IMG/VR virus record: IMGVR_UViG_3300044299_001914
Location: 1-54,742 of that record
Origin: a virus
DNA length: 54,742 nucleotides
Reading direction: 5' to 3' (one strand)
Shown here: positions 51,426-54,742 of the stretch, piece by piece
Layout: every line of letters begins with the position of its first letter
Numbering within the stretch: position 1 is the first letter of the stretch
Notes under the pieces: generated by a model
Told to the model about the DNA's origin: nothing
Databases searched by the model: none
What the model saw: the letters and a program-made list of their open reading frames with translations, nothing else
Made by a program: the position numbers and the translations under genes

Positions 51426-51614
51426 TTAATCCTTTTTCTTTGGTCTGCCTTTCTTAGCAGTTGTTTTCTTTGCAGCAGCCTTTTTTTTCGGCTTTACTTG
51501 ATTGCCAGAAGAATCTAAATAAATACGATCTTCGACAACGGGCTGATCTGGTCTGACTTTTGCATCAAGTCTTGCTTGTAATTTTGGATCTACACTAGAT
51601 TTTTTCTTTGGCAT
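51426..51614 (-). CDS. Small lysine-rich basic protein (62 aa)
   Basis: K-rich termini (MPKKKSS..., KKKAAAKKTTAKKGRPKKKD). Confidence 0.55.
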   Translation of the reverse strand: MPKKKSSVDPKLQARLDAKVRPDQPVVEDRIYLDSSGNQVKPKKKAAAKKTTAKKGRPKKKD

Positions 51615-51622
51615 ATCTTCTC

Positions 51623-52069
51623 CTAACTAATAGTTGTGACCTTTCTTTTGTCAGGTCTGACAGCTCCACAACCTCTTGCTATAAAGCCACCTTTTTTCAT
51701 TTTAACACGATTTTGTTTTTTCATGGCTTTTTCGATTGCCATACCTCTTTTCATCTCATAGGATGAAATTTTGCCATCTTTATCAAGATCTGCTTTTTTT
51801 CTATTCTTTAACATTGTTGTGCCTCCTGTCTTCATAGAAACTCTTGCCTTTTTTGTGTTTGCAACCACTGTTTTACCTTTAGCCCCTGCTCTTTTTTTCT
51901 TTCTTGCAGTTTTTGCTCTTTCTGACTTAGATAAACTTCTAGCTTTTGCAGCTGGTAAACAACGATCTGGGTTTTTTTTATCTTTACTTGTGCCGCAAGG
52001 CCCTTTAATAGATCCATCTGTGCCAATGCGCACCCAGTTTTGTTCACGCCACTGCTTAAGTTGTCCCAT
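51623..52069 (-). CDS. Lys/Arg-rich basic protein with Cys pair and C-terminal KKGGF.ARGCGAV motif (148 aa)
   Basis: WVRIGTDGSIKGPCGTSKDKKNPDRCLPAAKA followed by K/R-rich sequence. The motif is shared with 52069..52392 and 3626..3832. Confidence 0.55.
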   Translation of the reverse strand: MGQLKQWREQNWVRIGTDGSIKGPCGTSKDKKNPDRCLPAAKARSLSKSERAKTARKKKRAGAKGKTVVANTKKARVSMKTGGTTMLKNRKKADLDKDGKISSYEMKRGMAIEKAMKKQNRVKMKKGGFIARGCGAVRPDKRKVTTIS

Positions 52070-52392
52070 TACCTTAGTCTATCTGACATGACAGCACCTT
52101 GGCCTCTAATACTTACGAAGCCACCCTTAGCCTTTTTTTTCCTTTTTTTACTGCCTTTTGCATAATTAGGATCTTTACAATACTTCGATGCAGCCATATT
52201 TGCATATGCTGAAGGGTATGTATCAAAAGTTCTTTTTGCCCAAGCTTTGCCCTCTGGGCAAATTTTGCCTCCACTTTTAACTTTACCTCCCTTTTTCATT
52301 TTAAGAGTTTGTAATGTTTTTGCTTGTTTTGCATGCGTTTTGCTTGCTTTTTGCAGACCCTTAATAACTTTTTTTAATTTTTGTTTAGCCAT
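52069..52392 (-). CDS. Lys-rich basic protein with YPSAYAN motif and C-terminal KGGFV.IRGQGAV (107 aa)
   Basis: CPEGKAWAKRTFDTYPSAYANMAASKYCK flanked by K-rich segments. Confidence 0.55.
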   Translation of the reverse strand: MAKQKLKKVIKGLQKASKTHAKQAKTLQTLKMKKGGKVKSGGKICPEGKAWAKRTFDTYPSAYANMAASKYCKDPNYAKGSKKRKKKAKGGFVSIRGQGAVMSDRLR

Positions 52393-52720
52393 AATTTAAC
52401 TCGTCTAAATGATAGTTTAGCGTAAGCTCCTCGCCAACACTAATTTTTTTTGATGTAATTACATTAAAAACTCTATAGTCGTCCCAGTCTAATTCTTCGC
52501 TAAGGTAACAATTTGAATCTTCTGAGTGATTTAAAAAGCCCCCTATGGATGTTCTTACATAACCTTTTATAATAGGAACTTTTATATGTGACATACCTAA
52601 ATCAAAATCTTTGTCAATATTATCTACCGCAAACAGTCCATATCCTTCTATAGGGCTTTTTTGAACTTCAATACAATCTGGTAATGGTTTGTAATAAAAT
52701 TTATTATAAACAGGATACAT
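52385..52720 (-). CDS. Minimal SET-domain protein lysine methyltransferase (vSET-like, 111 aa)
   Basis: KSPIEGYGLFA (GxG), GGFLNHSEDSNC (NHS..N), VGEELTLNY (ELxxxY). Aligns by eye along its whole length with the 119-aa chlorovirus PBCV-1 vSET. Confidence 0.8.
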   Translation of the reverse strand: MYPVYNKFYYKPLPDCIEVQKSPIEGYGLFAVDNIDKDFDLGMSHIKVPIIKGYVRTSIGGFLNHSEDSNCYLSEELDWDDYRVFNVITSKKISVGEELTLNYHLDELNYG

Positions 52721-53010
52721 TATTTAGTTCTGCCAAATTTTTTACGTATTGAGTCTTTACCACGCCTAAATATTTCTGCTTGCCTTGGCTTGCCACCATA
52801 CTTAGATCTTTGTTCACCCACTGTTAATATTTGTATTAATCTAGCAAAAGGTTTTTTAGTTTTTTTAACTTTAGCAACTGTATCTCTTGCATCTTGGACT
52901 GTAGCATATTTAATAGAAACTGTATCTTTAGGGTTTTCATCAGTATAAAGCCTTCGACCTGAACCTTTTGGTTTTTTACCAGTGCCTTTCTTTGGATCTG
53001 ACTTAGCCAT
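52720..53010 (-). CDS. Lys/Arg-rich basic protein (96 aa)
   Basis: K/R/G-rich termini around LYTDENPKDTVSIKYATVQDARDTV. 1-nt overlap with the SET gene. Confidence 0.55.
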   Translation of the reverse strand: MAKSDPKKGTGKKPKGSGRRLYTDENPKDTVSIKYATVQDARDTVAKVKKTKKPFARLIQILTVGEQRSKYGGKPRQAEIFRRGKDSIRKKFGRTK

Positions 53011-53310
53011 TTAACATTTCCACCTTCTTCTAGCTTGTCTAATTCTTGAATTTGGATTGTTTCTTGTTTTTGCAGAACTTTTCTTTAATTGCCCTAGCGA
53101 CCTTGCACAAAAAGATTTTCTTCTTTTAGCTGCTTTGCTACCTTTTTTTACCTTGCCAGTAACAGCGCCTTTTAATTTAGATCCTGGGTTAGCTTTTCTA
53201 TAAGCTCTTATTCCTTTCTTAGTCATACCCGCCCCTTTTTTAGTGGGGCGGTAATTACCACCTTTACCAGTTGTTCTGCGTATTTGTTTAGCTTTTCGTC
53301 TGGTAGCCAT
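53011..53310 (-). CDS. Lys/Arg-rich basic protein (99 aa)
   Basis: About 40 percent K+R by eye (MATRRKAKQIRRTTGKGG...KAAKRRKSFCARS...RQARRRWKC). Confidence 0.55.
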   Translation of the reverse strand: MATRRKAKQIRRTTGKGGNYRPTKKGAGMTKKGIRAYRKANPGSKLKGAVTGKVKKGSKAAKRRKSFCARSLGQLKKSSAKTRNNPNSRIRQARRRWKC

Positions 53311-53313
53311 TCA

Positions 53314-53718
53314 TTAATAGTTTTTGTTCAAAACTAAGATTATCGAATACGCATCGCCACTAGAGTGACCAACTGTTGTGAAGTCTATATCGCCTGTAAC
53401 ACCTGAACCTGCATTGTTAGGTATACCACTAAATCTATCATCATAATACTCATCACCTGTGCTATCTGCAGGTAGTGGTATTGCTAAAACATTAGTGGAT
53501 GCGTCAAATTCTATATCTACACCCATACCTCTGGTTGCCCAGTATATGCGTGCTATAGAGACGCTGGTACAAGCTTCTCCTGCACTGTTGGAGGTCAATG
53601 CGGATACATCTACTTTTTTAACACTAGATTCGCCTGTACCATCAGACTCGTTTGTAAACTTTAAGATAGCAACTCTTTCACCATCTTGGATAGTTTGTGA
53701 CGTTACTGTATCTGCCAT
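53314..53718 (-). CDS. Beta-rich structural protein candidate (134 aa)
   Basis: ORF following the 238-aa gene. S/T/G/D-rich. Confidence 0.45.
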   Translation of the reverse strand: MADTVTSQTIQDGERVAILKFTNESDGTGESSVKKVDVSALTSNSAGEACTSVSIARIYWATRGMGVDIEFDASTNVLAIPLPADSTGDEYYDDRFSGIPNNAGSGVTGDIDFTTVGHSSGDAYSIILVLNKNY

Positions 53719-53727
53719 TGTTTACTC

Positions 53728-54444
53728 CTATCTTTCGACTGCTGCAACTACGTAATCAATTGTCATGGTTTGTGCAGAAGCTTCACCATTTTGAATACCA
53801 AATGATACTGTTAATTCTTCATCATCTGGTAAGTTAGTGATTGCAACACCCACAGGTTTTGCGTTATTTATAGAATAAAAAACTTTAGAGGCATCTGGAT
53901 CTATAAACCATGTAGTAGTAATGAAAGTATCGTCAGCCATTGTTGCTACATCTTCAGTAGTAGTAGCTGTGTTATCTTTCTCAACTAAGAAATCTAGGCC
54001 TGCATCACCATCTGCTGAGATAAAAAATACACCGTCTGTTGTATCAAGTGGTGTTGTATCAGTAATACCCAGACCCATTACAAAGTCTGATTGGTCAACG
54101 TCATTCACTTTAAATCTAGCTGAAAAGTAAGCTTTTTTACTGGTGCTAAGTTTAAAACCTTCACCTTTTAATTGTAAAAAGTCTAAGTCATTATCTCCAG
54201 CAGCATTAGTAAGCAATAAAGCTCCACCAGCTGATGAAGTTACGGCTTCAGATGCACTTCCTGTGCCAGCTTCAGTAGTTGTAATCGTCCAATCACCAGA
54301 GTTATATGTAAAAAAGTCATTGTGATACATATAAAACGTCTGATCTGACGGATATGGTGCGAACATAGGCTGGTTTTTCTTGTGCTCGGAAGCAACAGTA
54401 TTACCTGCCCAAAGTATTAGGTTTTGAAAATGTGGATTAGCCAT
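53728..54444 (-). CDS. Beta-rich structural protein candidate (238 aa), first gene after the capsid terminator
   Basis: Strong RBS (aaaggagttcataATG). T/A/D/G-rich beta-type composition. Confidence 0.5.
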   Translation of the reverse strand: MANPHFQNLILWAGNTVASEHKKNQPMFAPYPSDQTFYMYHNDFFTYNSGDWTITTTEAGTGSASEAVTSSAGGALLLTNAAGDNDLDFLQLKGEGFKLSTSKKAYFSARFKVNDVDQSDFVMGLGITDTTPLDTTDGVFFISADGDAGLDFLVEKDNTATTTEDVATMADDTFITTTWFIDPDASKVFYSINNAKPVGVAITNLPDDEELTVSFGIQNGEASAQTMTIDYVVAAVER

Positions 54445-54545
54445 TATGAACTCCTTTATCTTGTATTAATGGAAACCTTGCGGCCCTCATCAAGCTAATT
54501 AATTATATAACCTCTTAAATTCTATACCTAAATTTACGGACAAGC

Positions 54546-54570
54546 AACAAAAAAGGGAGCCGAAGCTCCC
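54546..54570 (-). terminator. Rho-independent terminator downstream of the capsid gene (across the circular junction)
   Basis: The minus strand reads GGGAGC-ttcg-GCTCCC followed by TTTTTTGTTG, about 45 nt after the capsid stop once 54594 is joined to 1. Confidence 0.8.
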
Positions 54571-54594
54571 TTAGAAAATTGTAGATGAGTTAGA

Positions 54595-54742
54595 AACGCT
54601 ACAATAAATCGTTCCTTTACGCTCCTTGAGAACCGAATACGGCTCTAAAGTTTGAATATCCGAAGCTATAACGCTCTCTAGCCTTATATCTCATATTACC
54701 TGTATCGAAGTCTCCCTCTAATGCAGTTTGCATTGGTGATCT
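54595..54742. repeat. Terminal direct repeat copy 2 (identical to 1..148); carries a duplicated 3' end of the capsid gene
   Basis: Exact 148-nt match to the window start. Confidence 0.9.

Noticed and set aside
51135-51457. Two alternative ORFs across the 30-nt tandem repeat (51135..51362 minus, 51191..51457 plus)
   Set aside because: Repeat periodicity keeps all frames open. Only the MAKGGKASKY frame shows identical peptides despite synonymous DNA differences, and only that frame fits the surrounding basic-protein block.
1-54742. Search for tRNA genes, an integrase or lysogeny module, a DGR reverse transcriptase and transposases
   Set aside because: I recognised no cloverleaf-like GC-rich segments, no tyrosine- or serine-recombinase motifs and no RT motifs in any ORF. 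The absence is by eye only and should be confirmed with tRNAscan-SE and profile searches.

Overview
The window is one complete, AT-rich tailed-phage genome. Bases 1-148 recur exactly at 54595-54742, so the contig closes on itself and the unique length is 54594 bp.

Gene layout:
- A long minus-strand late operon runs from about 11644 down through the junction to 24643. In order it holds three unknown genes, large terminase, portal, a GroES-like protein, scaffold, a decoration-like protein and the capsid, followed by a terminator. After that come two beta-rich structural proteins, a block of very basic small proteins surrounding a vSET-like SET-domain gene, adaptor/tail/fibre genes, a nuclease, a lysis cassette, a tail protein, a 2OG-Fe(II) oxygenase and four large internal-virion-type proteins.
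- Plus-strand early and replication genes lie at 13651-15613 and 19529-24646. They include a PD-(D/E)XK exonuclease, a Cro-like HTH protein and a Prim-Pol/helicase.
- Short minus-strand units carry a Sak4-like ATPase with a DUF669-like protein, a C5-methyltransferase with a PAPS-reductase-like PP-loop protein, and the small terminase.
- I saw no tail tube, sheath or tape-measure gene, which suggests a podovirus-like virion. I also saw no integrase, DNA polymerase, RNA polymerase, tRNA or CRISPR array. Spanins and OM-directed genes imply a Gram-negative host.

Most notable observations:
1. A five-gene envelope module (CsgF, CsgG, curlin-repeat protein, FecR-domain protein, CHASE2 class III adenylate cyclase) sits inside the lysis cassette.
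2. A minimal SET-domain methyltransferase is embedded among lysine-rich, histone-like small proteins, one of which is a 10-aa tandem-repeat protein.
3. A family of composite GC-rich CCCGAC / TGTGTGTGT / TATATA intergenic elements lies upstream of each minus-strand transcription unit.

All family calls rest on motif recognition by eye. No database search or computation was possible.
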